From Octopus bimaculoides (lineage: Eukaryota), in the NCBI RefSeq assembly GCF_001194135.2, contig NC_068985.1, forward strand, positions 104,989,319-105,053,318: DNA of 64,000 nucleotides. The letters are read 5' to 3'. Made by a program: the position numbers and the translations under genes. The notes below the pieces were generated by a model, which searched no databases, was not told where the DNA came from, and worked only from the letters and a program-made list of their open reading frames with translations. This document shows, piece by piece, positions 11,461-25,439 of the stretch. The number at the start of each line of letters is the position of its first letter. The first letter of the stretch is position 1.

Positions 11461-12439
11461 AAATCTACACGTATCTGTTCAAACATCTCAGCAATCTCAC
11501 CAGACCTACCTTTGGATTTCTTAACTTTGCTATAAAATACTGCTGAATAGATAGCTAAATGAATAGCAATAATAATTATAATGAGTGCTATAGAGTGAAA
11601 CAGAATTGAACATTTGCATTCTTAACTTTAACTATAACATACAGCCTGGAGTAAGCAAAACTTTGAGATAAAATAGATGAGAGAATTGAACATTGGATTT
11701 CTTAATTTTACTACAACATATGGCATGGAATAAACAATACTGTGAGGGTACATAGATAGCTTAATGAATAATAATTATAATATACTAGAATAGATAGCTA
11801 AATGAATAACAATTATAATATATTAGAAGTATATGAAAGATGGAGAAAGGATTGTTATTCAGAACATGGTGCAATCACTTGAAAATGAAGATGAGCAAAT
11901 TACAGATATATGAAGTAACTTCAAAGTTGTATGTATACTATATTCACAATCAGGCCAGAATTTTAGGGGAAAATATTGACTATCTTGCTTCTTTGTTTCT
12001 AAATAGCATACTGCCTGTTTGGTATAAAACTTAAAGCCAGAAAAATCAAAGTTTGCTACAGCCATTGTATTGTCTTTTGGTTGGCAGATTACCATTTCAG
12101 TCTATCTGACTGGAAATAGTCAATGTTTGTTCCTAGCTGAGTGACTTGTAATTGAAAGGTCAGTCAAATCATTATAATGTTCATTTTTCTATACTGACAT
12201 AGTTGGATGAAACTTGTTGAGGCAGATTTCTACAGATGGATGCCCATCCTATTTCCAAGCAGGATATTTTCCCCCATGGTTTGAAAAGCTTCTATGGAAG
12301 ATTGAAAAAAAAAAAGAATAACACTTGCAAATTGTTCATTTAAAATACCAAGTGAGGTCAAGACAAAGAAACAAGCATACTCATGTATACACACACACAC
12401 ACGTGTGTGTGTATATATAAAAAAATGGGCTTCCTTTTC

Positions 12440-12575
12440 CCCACCATCTACCAAATCTAACAAGGCTTTGATTAGCTTGAGACTATAGAAGATACCTGCC
12501 TAAGGTGCCACACACTGGGACTGAACCAGAAACCGTGTGGATGGGAAGCAAACTTCTTAATCACACAACCATACC
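12440..12575 (-). mobile_element. SINE family A, 5' half
   Basis: Reverse complement of the 7480 element, decayed. Further decayed copies at about 13590-13735, 27225-27350, 45470-45540 and 61220-61352. Confidence 0.75.
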
Positions 12576-12812
12576 TAAGTCTGTTCCAGTGATTCATATG
12601 TTAGTATCTAAACCAGGAGAAAACAAAAACTCAACTACCAATACCCACACTGAAAAGTTGTTTCCTCCCACGAAAGAGAAATCTAAAAGCAATACATTCG
12701 TAACAGTTTCAGAGAAAATCATCAGTTTAATGTCCTAAAAATCGCTGGAGGAACCAAATTTAGTTCAAGGGCAGAGTATTCATTTATACAGGGGAGCGAA
12801 AAAAAAAAAAAG

Positions 12813-13150
12813 TCATGGCTGTGCGACAAGGTCAGTCTTGCTTCCCAACCACATGGTCTAGCTGGGATTTAGTCCAACTGCATGCCACTTTGGGCAAGTT
12901 CTTCTATAGGCCTGGGGCAACCAAAGTCCTATGAGCAAATCTGGTCGATGGGAATTGAAAGCCCTTCGTGTGCCTATATTGCCCACAACTGCTTGACAGT
13001 TGGTGTTGGTTTGTTTACCATAACTTTGTGGTTCAGCAAAAAGAGAACTGATAGAGTAAGCACCAAGCTTAAAAATGTTTGACGAAAACCCCTTTGAGGC
13101 AGTGCCCCAGAATGGTTGCAGTCCAAAGACTGAAACCAGGAAAAAAAAAC
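12813..13150 (+). mobile_element. SINE family A, near full length
   Basis: Head plus tail ...GCAGTCCAAAGACTGAAACC and A-rich end. Confidence 0.8.
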
Positions 13151-16100
13151 AAAACAAAAAAACATTATGAGTTTAATACAAAGATAAAACAAATCAATAT
13201 TTTGGCATCACTCCCTCTCATGAATTCAATGTGAAGTTACTTCTGTGCCAAATATATTTTGTTTGCTTGTTTTGCATCCATTTCTGTTAGACTGAATTAA
13301 GATCAATAAATGTTAAAGCATTTTTTGTACTTTTTGTTATCGGCAGGATATCATCATCATCATCATTTAATGTCCATTGTCCATGCTGGCATGGGTTGGA
13401 CGGATAGACCAGGGCTGGTAAGCTGCACTTGTCATTAATTGTTACTTAGTTTTCAAAAACTTATTCCACTTGCTTTCCAAAGAGTAGACCTGCCAAATTT
13501 ATTGACCAAGAAATGCCAATAAACATCATCCGCAGCTGAACAATTTTTCAGATAACCACAGAGTGGAAGCAGACTCGTATATCTCATTATACAAAAGATT
13601 TTAGTTTTTATCAACTAAATTCACTCAAAGTATTTGCTGGTCTGAGGTCATAGCAGATGACACTTGTCTAAAATGCTGTGCAGGGAGACTAAATTCAAAA
13701 CCACATTGTTACAAAGTGAACTTAACCACACATACATAGATATACAGAGTTACCCATCCTCCAGTTAAAAGGATTTATTTATAACATAGCAATTTTTCTT
13801 AAATTAAATTTTATAAATACAAAACATGCAGTAGATAGTGAATTAGACCAAGTTGAAAATATACTAACATATTAGATATAATTTTTCCATTCACATATTT
13901 TGACAAATTAGGTCAAATTATCACAATTACAATTTTTTTTAGAGAACACTTAGCATTAAATAGAGAAACCCAAATGGATTAGGTTAACACACATTTTTAT
14001 TATAATGTAAGGTAAACATGATTATAATATTCAGACCAAGATTTCATTTGGCTTTTCTTGACTGTACATCTCAGCTTTTTATCAACTGATATACATGTCC
14101 TCAAAAAAGCCAAGTGAACAAAACCTTGCTTAGTATAATATAATTCTGTTTACATTAAAAACACGTATATTACCTTTAACTGAATAGTGTATAAAGCACT
14201 TTTATTTAACTACAAAATTAACTATTATCACCATTATTATTTGCTGTTATCTAACAATGTACATGTCTGCTTTAAAAGCTATATCAGAATGTGTTCAAAG
14301 GGCAAAGTATCTTAAAATACTAAACTCGCTGTGCTATGCCTTTACAAATGAAGATGAACAAGACATGAAAAATAGGTACAGACAATCACAATAGATTCTC
14401 CACATAACATTCTCAGTTACTACAGAGCAGAGATGTTGGTAGTGGCATTATCTTGTTATAATCTGAGAAACTATGAGCAACAGAACAAAAACGGTCTTTA
14501 ATATCAGCAAATTGTGTATTCTAAAAACAAAAGAATTTTATGACAAAGCTGAAAAATACATTTGAGAAAGTGCTGAATGCATGACCACTATGGTTGTTAC
14601 AGTAAGCACAAAATTAATGGATGAATGCACACACACACACAAAAAGAAGTGCTCATTATACAGAGACAAAGAAGTCTTTGTAGATCTGTCAACATAACTT
14701 CCTCCTCATTGCATATCAATAATTTACAAGACGGTTAAAAAAATTCAAATTATAGTGAGCCCATTTCTGAATAGGTATTGAATTTGCCAGTGATTCATGT
14801 CCACTTAAACATCTGCAGCCAAAGTAGCCATTAGGACAATTAAGAGTCTAGTTGTCAAATACTGAGTTTTAATTAAAGCTAATAACATCTTCAACATTAT
14901 CTTAGCCCTTTACTACCGAAGTTGAGATAAAATCATTCTCAAAGTTTTTCAAACTTTCAAAGGGACTTGGCAAGTAACTAAAAGGTAATACTAAATAATC
15001 TGCGAAGAGAGAGTTGCAGCCATTGACAACAAGGTTGAGACAGAAAGAAGTTAAAGTATCAACTAGATCTAAACCAGTGCTTCTCAAACTATTTCATGTG
15101 GTATACTGGCAGTTTTTTTTTTCCCCAATGTGCCAGTGACTGGTAATATTTCTTAGTAATATTAATATGCTACATACAATAAGGACAATGAAGAATTTCC
15201 TGAACTAGCAGCTGAAATTTTGTCCCATTAGGTTCATTTCATCTAATATAGTTATTTTTTTAAAAATGAATTACTACAGCAACTGTTGGATTTAAAAAAA
15301 AAAAAAAAAAAAGCTGTGTGGGCATTATGTTTCCAATAATTTGGCTGCAATGTTAAACATACCTCCCCATCTGACTTACATGTTACATAGAACGCAATAG
15401 GAAAATAGGTTACACAATAAAAAAACTGAACATTCTCTGGAATGCAACACTCTTGTAATGTAGAGGAGGTGCCTTTAGTTGGATATCATAATACTAGTTA
15501 ATCACCAAAAACAGACAAGTGCTAACATGAGCAAAAATTTAAATACAATCAGTAGTTAGTATTAGAATCAAATAAAACTAACCATATACAAAAGATTTAA
15601 GTTTACCTAATAATGGCTATGAGTTTACTTACCATAACGATCACGTTCTTTAAAATTTAAACTAGTTCACTTCAACATTCAATATTTAGAATACAAACAA
15701 TGACTCAAATTTTTTTTATCTGATCAGACAAAATGCCAACCTAAAAAAAATCTTGCCAGTATTTCAAGGAATGCAGAAACCTGTTTTCTATGTATTGTAC
15801 CCTCTCATTTAACTCCTTATTTACAAACTGAAACAAATTGTAAATAAGAGCCATTATTCCTTCACAAAGACGCTTTTTACTCTCACACAACAGTTACCTT
15901 ACTGGTTTCGCAATAAGACAACCTCGAGGGATATGACAAAAATGCACACAGTGCACTGTAAAGTAGGTGGCAATAAGAAGAACATCCAGAGACAACCATT
16001 ATGTCCAGCAGTGCTAACCTACAACTTTAAACCCTTTCCTACATAATGGAGAGCAGTCGCTGTGTTGGGTTGATGGGGTGGACGAGAGAGACAATCCCTC

Positions 16101-17133
16101 TAGTGTTGATCATAAAACATACCCAGATTACACCATATAATGATTGGTAATAGGAAGAGTACACAACTATAAAAACCAAGGGGAGAGGAAAGACAGAGTT
16201 GGGGAGAAAGTAAAATGAAGAGTTTCATAATTTATGAGTATTCTCCATGAAAGACAAAGTATATATATATACAAATAAATAAAAATTTAGTTACCTGTAA
16301 AAGCAATAATTCAAATTTGTTTTATTTAATTGAATGTTTTTTAGTGCAACATCAACTTTGTTGTTACACTAAAAATAGAAATTGTATGGCAGTTGAGAAA
16401 CAAGTGAAGCCCAATATAGAAGAATGAGAGTTTATTTTAATAGACTGTCCAATAACTGGCTACAAGAGCAGATGAAGTCAATGGGTGTTATCTGCCCCAC
16501 ATATACAAATTGGTTTTAAATCTTACTTTACATCTCAAATAAAAAAAGGACATTTTTTAAATTAATTTTTTAAAATGTTCAATATATTAGCTATTTCAGC
16601 GTATTTGCTTTCATTGAAAAAAAAAAAAAAAAAAAAAANNNNNNNNNNNNNNNNNNNNNNNNNNNNNNNNNNNNNNNNNNNNNNNNNNNNNNNNNNNNNN
16701 NNNNNNNNNNNNNNNNNNNNNNNNNNNNNNNNNNNNNNNNNNNNNNNNNNNNNNNNNNNNNNNNNNNNNNNNNNNNNNNNNNNNNNNNNNNNNNNNNNNN
16801 NNNNNNNNNNNNNNNNNNNNNNNNNNNNNNNNNNNNNNNNNNNNNNNNNNNNNNNNNNNNNNNNNNNNNNNNNNNNNNNNNNNNNNNNNNNNNNNNNNNN
16901 NNNNNNNNNNNNNNNNNNNNNNNNNNNNNNNNNNNNNNNNNNNNNNNNNNNNNNNNNNNNNNNNNNNNNNNNNNNNNNNNNNNNNNNNNNNNNNNNNNNN
17001 NNNNNNNNNNNNNNNNNNNNNNNNNNNNNNNNNNNNNNNNNNNNNNNNNNNNNNNNNNNNNNNNNNNNNNNNNNNNNNNNNNNNNNNNNNNNNNNNNNNN
17101 NNNNNNNNNNNNNNNNNNNNNNNNNNNNNNNNN

Positions 17134-17534
17134 TTTAATGATCTATAGATAGAATGGTAAGTATTAAAAGTTAAGGATAGTAGAAAGGTAAGTGAATGAA
17201 CAATGGTTTGAGAGAAAGTGATACAAGTCTCAGGAGTTGAATTGTAGTGCTTGTGGACGCCAACTGAAACAAAAGTCAAAGAGATTGTATAGGGGTTTGC
17301 CACAGGCAGCTACCTTAGAGAATGGTCTGGAAGTGATCAGCAAGAGAGGGGGAAAAAAAAACCAAAAAAAAAAAACAAAAGGAAAAAAAAAAAAACCAGG
17401 ATTGGTTAGAAGTAATAGTAATTTGGTGTTGGCAGGAGGCGGTGGCTGCTGCTAAGGTACACGCTGACTGGATGCTGCTGGATGTCAAAGTTGAAGCTTT
17501 CAGTCAAGAGGCTTGCAGGTTGGGAAAAGGGGAG
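17134..17534 (-). other. PPP2R1A: Probable non-coding terminal (3'UTR) exon of PPP2R1A; 3' end not defined
   Basis: Strong acceptor TACTTTCTTTTCCAG ending at 17535 pairs with donor CAG|GTAAGC at 18724; the exon runs into the 16639-17133 gap. Confidence 0.6.
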
Positions 17535-17633
17535 CTGGAAAAGAAAGTATATCAATGTAAACAAAATTAAAGAATTCTAAATATGCAGGAATATAAATCT
17601 AAAAAAACAGGTATTCTAATATATTCTAAGTCT

Positions 17634-17812
17634 AAGGCAGTGAGCTGGCAGAATCATTACTGCGCCAGGTAAAATGCTTAGCATCATGTCATCAGTCTAT
17701 GTCTTTCATCTTTTCAGGATCAAAATAAAAAGCAGTTGAGTACTTGTCGATGTAATCGACTTATGCCCTCTGTCAAAACTGCTGGTCTTATGCCAAAATT
17801 TGAAACCAAGAT
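17634..17812 (+). mobile_element. tRNA-derived SINE, family D (GAGCTGGCAGAATC...GAGTTCAAATT)
   Basis: Shared with copies at 1736-1815, 51490-51745 (-), 52528-52640, 56850-57110, 57843-58160 and 62245-62425. Confidence 0.8.
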
Positions 17813-18742
17813 ATTCTCAGTCGAGAACGAAATGCTATGACTACTATATGCAAAATAAAACCTAATTGTCATAATGGACTATTGATGATACATAATCAAT
17901 TCAAAACATAACTAGTTTAGAAAATGGACAGAAAAAAAAGAAATAAAGAAAGTTCCATCCCTAAGCAATAAGATTCAGATGCAAAAATGATAATAGATCT
18001 TCCCTATGTGAAAATACACAAATTTGTAAAATCATATGCATTCAGGTTAGAATAAAAAAAAGTATAAAATCTACATGCTAATTTCAGATAAAGACAACTT
18101 GAAGGTTCATTTTATCCACTCACTAAAATAAAGCTTGGATTGAACAGTAAAGAAGAAATTACTAAATGAAATGACTGATACTAACATCAATTTTCTTTTA
18201 AGCAGATTCTGAATAAATATTAAAATCGTTACCATTTGGAAATCCACTGCTATTTTATAAGCAACAGTCTACAGACGAATTGGCATAATGAAATCTTAAC
18301 TGGTTTATTATCACAACTGTATTATGTGGTCAGTAATCATGTATTTCCAATATATTAGTTATGTACTTGCTGTTAAGATATCTTTCATTTTGAGCCAATC
18401 AACCTATCAAATCTTTAAGCTGTTATTTAAAAAAACTGCCAGTGTTTCTGCTTTTCAGCTATGTACAGAAAAAAACATTGAAATTTGGGTTTTTTTATTT
18501 ACCCTATTTCATTTCATTGAATTTCCTGTAATAATCAACGAGTAAGTTTACATTTGCTGAATTTAATACCAGTTCAATTAGTTCAATGTTTATAAGCTCA
18601 CTAATAAGGTTGTGGTTTTTAAGAGTTAAAAACAAAAAACAAAGAAACCTCCCTTCTTTGATAGCATTTTTGTCAAATTGCATGAGTAATTTTTAACTAG
18701 AAATCAAAAGTGAAATGTGCTTACCTGAATGGTGAAAATTCT

Positions 18743-18759
18743 TTAAGAGAGCTTCAATG
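18743..18759 (-). CDS. PPP2R1A: PP2A-A last coding exon (ALKLS*)
   Basis: Acceptor TTTTTATAG; the phase-1 join gives GCA TTG AAG CTC TCT TAA, matching the length of the human C-terminus. Confidence 0.88.
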
Positions 18760-19132
18760 CTATAAAAATTGAAGAAACAAAAGAAAATATGTACAAAACT
18801 GAAACTCCCAACACTCAATGTAACACCAGATTTAAATGTCTATTTAATGACAGAGAAATCACAATTATCTAGTCCTAAAATTTACACAAGCAGGATATGA
18901 TTACTGCTTCAGTAATCTATGTGCCTGTAACCATCCACACTTGTAGATCACCTGATTAAATACAGCAAGAAAAAAGAATTTCAAAAATGTGTTTTAATTT
19001 AAGGCTTCAAAAACTGGGTAAATGTGTTGTCCAAATGGATCACATAGTTACTCACTTGTGAATTGAATATTCAATAGGTATGACTAATTTCAGCAAATAA
19101 ATTTAAATTTATTTTTCAATTCCAAGACTCAC

Positions 19133-19224
19133 CTTCTATTGCCTCCAATGCAAAGTACCGAACATCTCCATCATCATCAGATTTCAATCTTTCAAGAACA
19201 GGCTTTAATTGGGACTGAATAGTA
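19133..19224 (-). CDS. PPP2R1A: PP2A-A exon (NTIQSQLKPVLERLKSDDDGDVRYFALEAIE)
   Basis: Acceptor TTTTTTTCAG, donor GTGAGT, 92 nt; HEAT repeat 15. Confidence 0.97.
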
Positions 19225-19945
19225 CTGAAAAAAATTATGCAGAAAATTAATAAAACCGCTAAATTATTTGAAATAGTAGGTGTAGCAAATTTCTCCAACT
19301 GAATCATGCCACCTGTCACTAGTAGAATCAGAACCATCATGAAATAAACACACAAACTATTAGAAATAACTGCAGGTACTTGGACCAGTAATCAATAGAA
19401 AAACTTATCTTCAGGTGCTCATCTGTTGGCGACAATAACATGGGTTAAAATGGACCCTTGTTCTGAGAATGAGAAATATGCAAGAGCATGCACTCGAGTT
19501 TAATATGCAGTATTCTTATTGAACACTTTCAGATTACTTTTAATTTTAGAGGTAACAAATCATGTCTGTGGACACAATCCCAAAGCAAGGTCAAACTATA
19601 TACGACGATCTATATATAAGTCCTGAGCATCATAAAGTAATACTTCTTAATTTCTTAGACTTGAAGTTAGTCATAAGGAATAGTTCAAACTCAATTTCTT
19701 ATAGTTGAATTCCATTTGATTGTAAGTAGTCATTTCTTTCCACTCGTAAAATGCAGCTGAAATGATTACTTGGTTATATTAACATTCAAACCATCTCACC
19801 TCATACAATTCAAAAAGGTCTGACTGGTTGCCATTCCAATACAATACAAGAGAAAAAAAGACAATAGCTCACCTTCAATAAAATAGGATATGAACAAATT
19901 TGGAAAAAAAAAAACAAAAAAAAACAAAAAAAAAAAACAACTTAC

Positions 19946-20088
19946 TTCTGGTCAAACATAGGGCCTAACTTTTGCATTGTCTTTGCAACATTGAACCTAA
20001 CATTTGCCACAGGGTCAGATGCCATACTCAAAATGGTTGGCAACATCAACTTCGTTGTGGCATCAGTACCACAAGCATCAGCCAGCAA
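19946..20088 (-). CDS. PPP2R1A: PP2A-A exon ([47 protein letters not shown])
   Basis: Acceptor TCCCTTAG, donor GTAAGT, 143 nt; [12 protein letters not shown] motif present. Confidence 0.98.
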
Positions 20089-21034
20089 CTAAGGGAAAAA
20101 AACAAAAATAAACAAAACAAATTATCATCAACAATTCTTTTCTATGCATTAAAGTATTCAGCTGCTAAAAGAGGTTTGAAAGACTAACCATACAACATCC
20201 TACATAAAAAAAAAAAAAAATTAAAGGTTAATTAGTTTATGATTATTGGCAGTGAAAGGGAATTTCTTCCATATTTTGAATAAGCTGCTTTATGCAGAGG
20301 AGGGAATGTTAATTATATTAGAGCTATCAAGCTAATTTCAGCATAAGAACAGAATATAACTTGCACAGAAGTTCTAAATAAAATTAAATTTAGATATATC
20401 ATTCTACAATAGATCCTTAGATTCCTTAGAGACAAACATGGATGCCAAATAGTTATAGCAACTTCATGCTTCTTAGTAAGCCATTAATAAGCACACAAGA
20501 ATTCAATGTTGCCACTAACAAAAAACCTGAATTGTGATTAATGCTTTATATTCAAGTTATACTAAAGTGAGTGGAACAATGAAAAATATACTGCTGAAAT
20601 TTTCAGCTAACAAAAACTATCTTGTTTAAACTGTTTGCATTCATATAGCCACTGAACCTATCAAGATCTAACCTGATGGTACTGATATCATATTTACTTG
20701 AAAATGCAGACTGTCACCTTCTTCTGTGAGTCTTAATCTTAAATTAAGGTGCAAGGATTTCCAAGCACACTTTGTGTTCACTTTCTAAAATTCTATGTGC
20801 ACATATATAAAATCATGTCCTTGTCATTTGTAAATCAAATAACTACACCTCATATAAGAATTATTTGCTCCTAGATTTGTCATTGCCTATGAGAATACGG
20901 TGCATGGAATCTTATGTAAGTTAGGAAGCACAGTTTGAGTTTTATCCATATACCTAAAAACATCAGATTACAAGATAGAACTTAACACAAATATTGTTTA
21001 AATACAGTTTCTTCTCAGCAAGTTACAAACTTAC

Positions 21035-21189
21035 ATTGATACAAAAAAGACAAGTCATTCTGTGTAGATAGTTGGTATCACGTGACATACAGAGCACTCT
21101 AGGAATCACAGTCTTTTGGGCCCATTCCACACCAAACTTTTCAACAAGTTTTTTCAGGTTCAAAGTAGCAGCTTCACGAATGGCATACA
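21035..21189 (-). CDS. PPP2R1A: PP2A-A exon ([52 protein letters not shown])
   Basis: Acceptor TTTTCTAG, donor GTAAGT, 155 nt. Confidence 0.98.
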
Positions 21190-21628
21190 CTAGAAAAATT
21201 TAAAAATATTACAATTAGAGGTAAGAAAGCTGTGAACTGAGAACACAATGCAATAGTGATGTGATCTGCTAGCCAGTATAAAGTTACCCATCTTGGACCA
21301 GGATCATAAATAACCATATTTACAAAGATAAAGTGATTTGAGTAAAGCCAACAAATTTACAAAATCATCTGGATACTAAATTTATAAGCAATGCCAACTA
21401 AAACTTTATTTGGCTATAATGAAATAAAACATCTCAATTCTGTGAAGGAATTAAGGGAACGGGGGAAAATAATTACATCTTTTAATTATCAATCAGTTGG
21501 CCTATCAGAGAACAAGCATTAAAACTAATTTATTGAGATGTATCAAAACCCAAATGGCTTTCTGCAGTCTAATTGCAGAACCCTTTGATAATATATTATG
21601 TATAAATGATATCTTTTAAGCTACTTAC

Positions 21629-21689
21629 CATAGTCATTTAGCCAGTTCATATAAAGAGTGTTCAATCTTTCATCATAGAAATCTACACC
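21629..21689 (-). CDS. PPP2R1A: PP2A-A exon (GVDFYDERLNTLYMNWLNDY)
   Basis: Acceptor TTTTTCCAG, donor GTAAGT, 61 nt. Confidence 0.96.
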
Positions 21690-22890
21690 CTGGAAAAATT
21701 AAATTTTAAAGGTGATCCTCAATGATGTTACACAAGTATAATCATATCATCTGACTGTTTCACTTTTACATGGTAAAGTTTTTGCAAATATTTTAATAGT
21801 TAAAAAAAATTTAGATTAGGTCTTTTTTAACTTCTGAAATCCTTTCTTATCAATAGTACAGAGAGCGAGTCATTTTTTTTAGACTGGCTTAAACACCAAT
21901 ATGACAGGAGTCAATGAAAAGGCTTCCATAATTGCATGACTTGTTATAAATAACCAAATCTCTCTCTAATTACACTATCTTGAGGAGGGGAAAAAAAAAA
22001 AGACTGCTACATCTGGAATGCACCTCATCATAAATTTATTTGATCAGGGCTAAACCATGACATTTACATACAAACATACATAAAACTTCTGACTGATTTG
22101 TTGGAGTATAGACTTATTCTCTGCTATATCTTTCATGGATATATAAATTATGCCCAGGTTACTCACCAATGCACGATTAAAATCTTATACTTGTGAACCT
22201 CTGTACTCACTTTATTTCATTTGTACCTTTTGTCTCCATTTAATTTTAAATATTCAGATTTATTCTACATTCAGTTCTGGATTCTAGACAGAATACATGC
22301 ATACTAGCATCATCAATTAACATTTCTTTTCCAAGCTGGTATAGGTTGGATGATTTGACAGAATCTGAGCTGAAGGATGCAGGCTTTAATGTCTGCTTTG
22401 GTATAGTCTCCTCCCTTCCTAACAACCAATCACTTTATAGAGAGTACCAAGTGCTGTTTTTTGTGGTAGTCAGTCAGTTATAGTCCCGTTATGCAGCGTG
22501 ATTATTGTAAACTACACCTCTGAAAATGTATAGTTTATTATAGACAACCTGAGCACTCAGCTTTTAGAAGCAGGAGACAAAGTCAACCAAGGTGGAAGTT
22601 GATCTAGTAACTAAATATTATTTGTCTGATGTACACATTACAAAAGATTTATTATAGATAAAATAACTAAAAGAAAATGTGAAAGTTACACATGGATGTT
22701 ATGCTTACATGATAAATAAGGAAATGCAGCTAATAATCATACTGAGACCTGGAGCCTGGTGTAGCCATCTGGTTTCACCAGTCCTCAGTCAAATCGTCCA
22801 ACCCATACTAGCATGGAAAGCGGACGTTAAACGATGATGATGATGAGGAGGAGGAGACCCCTTTTAAGTTCATTTTTGAAAGGTAGTTTA

Positions 22891-23049
<159 letters not shown>

Positions 23050-23698
23050 CTATAATACAAAAAGCAGTAGATTTAATTTCAATAAAAACTCACAAGTTTT
23101 AGTAAGTGAATCATTCAACCAAATTAAATCACAGCTGGCCAAATAAATTGAATCTCAGCCTATTAAATGGTGACATTTAGTAGAGATAACCCAGAAGTTG
23201 TTGCTCTTTGATTACCATTACATATAGTAGTAGCTTTCTTCAGCAGAATACGTCATTGATTGGTTAAAATTACCCAAATACGACAGCTTTAACATGAAAT
23301 AACTTCTGCAATATGAAATTTTGTCAAAATTGTTGAAAGTAAACTGAGTTAAGTGTGAGAAATTATACCAGTATACAAAGTACCAAACTGTTTAGTTAAG
23401 AAAAAATAATTTTAAAATCTGTGAGCGAAACTGAAGAGATTCGATTTAAGGATTAAATTCTAGTTAGAGCAATGCAAATTAATGTTAACTGTCCAATCAT
23501 TCAACCCTACACGTCATATCAAGTTATCAGCTAATGTTAATAGATAGGGATAAAAAAATCTCTGCATTTTCTTAAGTCTTGTACATCTGATCCTTAAAGT
23601 TTATCTCAGTGAAGACCATAATTTGAAAGATAAGTAAGAAAGATGCAATTTCACAACACAGAAGAACCAACAGTTTTATTTTAAAATAACTTCTGTCA

Positions 23699-23944
<246 letters not shown>

Positions 23945-24235
23945 CTAACAAGAAACTTGAAAATTATGAAAATTTCCTAGTCATATTTGAAGATCAATCA
24001 TTTATTTGGAATAAATTATATATATAACAATATAAAGCGATGATGGAGAGAATCAGGCACTTAAATGGTATGCACCAGGTTGGGTTGATTTACCTGTAAG
24101 CACCACCTTTAGTTGGATCAATAAAAAAAGTGTAAGAAACAGCTGTAATGAACTGATATTTATCCATCATCTTACTTTTTCTTTGCTATAAAATATATAT
24201 ATATGCTAGCATGGAAAGTGGACGTTAAACGATGA

Positions 24236-24276
<41 letters not shown>

Positions 24277-24969
24277 GATAGAAAATTCAACAAAGTACTC
24301 CATCTGATGAGATCGATATTATTCATCTAAAAGGGCTCAATACATGTATTTAAACGTTACTAATAGATTCATATGTGGCTTGCACCTAAAGAATGAGTAT
24401 TTCTCAACATATTGGGCCCTTTAAATAATTATATATACATATTCCNNNNNNNNNNNNNNNNNNNNNNNNNNNNNNNNNNNNNNNNNNNNNNNNNNNNNNN
24501 NNNNNNNNNNNNNNNNNNNNNNNNNNNNNNNNNNNNNNNNNNNNNNNNNNNNNNNNNNNNNNNNNNNNNNNNNNNNNNNNNNNNNNNNNNNNNNNNNNNN
24601 NNNNNNNNNNNNNNNNNNNNNNNNNNNNNNNNNNNNNNNNNNNNNNNNNNNNNNNNNNNNNNNNNNNNNNNNNNNNNNNNNNNNNNNNNNNNNNNNNNNN
24701 NNNNNNNNNNNNNNNNNNNNNNNNNNNNNNNNNNNNNNNNNNNNNNNNNNNNNNNNNNNNNNNNNNNNNNNNNNNNNNNNNNNNNNNNNNNNNNNNNNNN
24801 NNNNNNNNNNNNNNNNNNNNNNNNNNNNNNNNNNNNNNNNNNNTTGACAGTTAAGTTTTCAAGAGATCTCCAAAATAAAGAGTTAAATATACACAATCAC
24901 AAACATTTAAAAAAATCAAATGATTGTGTAGAACACATTTAAATCTGAAATGTTAAATAGTTTACTGAC

Positions 24970-25084
24970 CTTTTACTTTGTGTGCAGCAGCGGCACGCAC
25001 TTCAGCTTCACAATCTTTTAAGAGTCCTTGAAAAGCCAACACTAAATCATTCTTTGTAATTTCAGGGCCAACAGCTTTTTGTAA
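24970..25084 (-). CDS. PPP2R1A: PP2A-A exon 8 ([38 protein letters not shown])
   Basis: Acceptor TATAG, donor GTCAGT, 115 nt, ends in phase 1. Confidence 0.97.
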
Positions 25085-25439
25085 CTATAAAAAGAAAAGA
25101 AAAGAAAATATTAAGGCAAAATTATTTGTCAAGTTATTAAGCGTAATACCACCCTCGTTTTATACTGTATGTTTATCATAAAATAATAGTTCATAACACA
25201 CCACAAAAATATATTTGTAAGTACTGATCAATCTATGTTCATAGATGCTCTCCCAAGAAAAGATTCAGGTCATTAACAGTCTACTTGAAATGTTGCTATT
25301 CAATGATTGCAAGTAGGGAATTCCAAAATGACTATTGTTCTAGGGAAGAAGGACATATATAGTGGTAAGAATGAAGCTTGGAGGAGGGAAGTAGAAAAAA
25401 TGTGGATGATCAGTAGAGAGATAAGCAAATTGGTACAAA

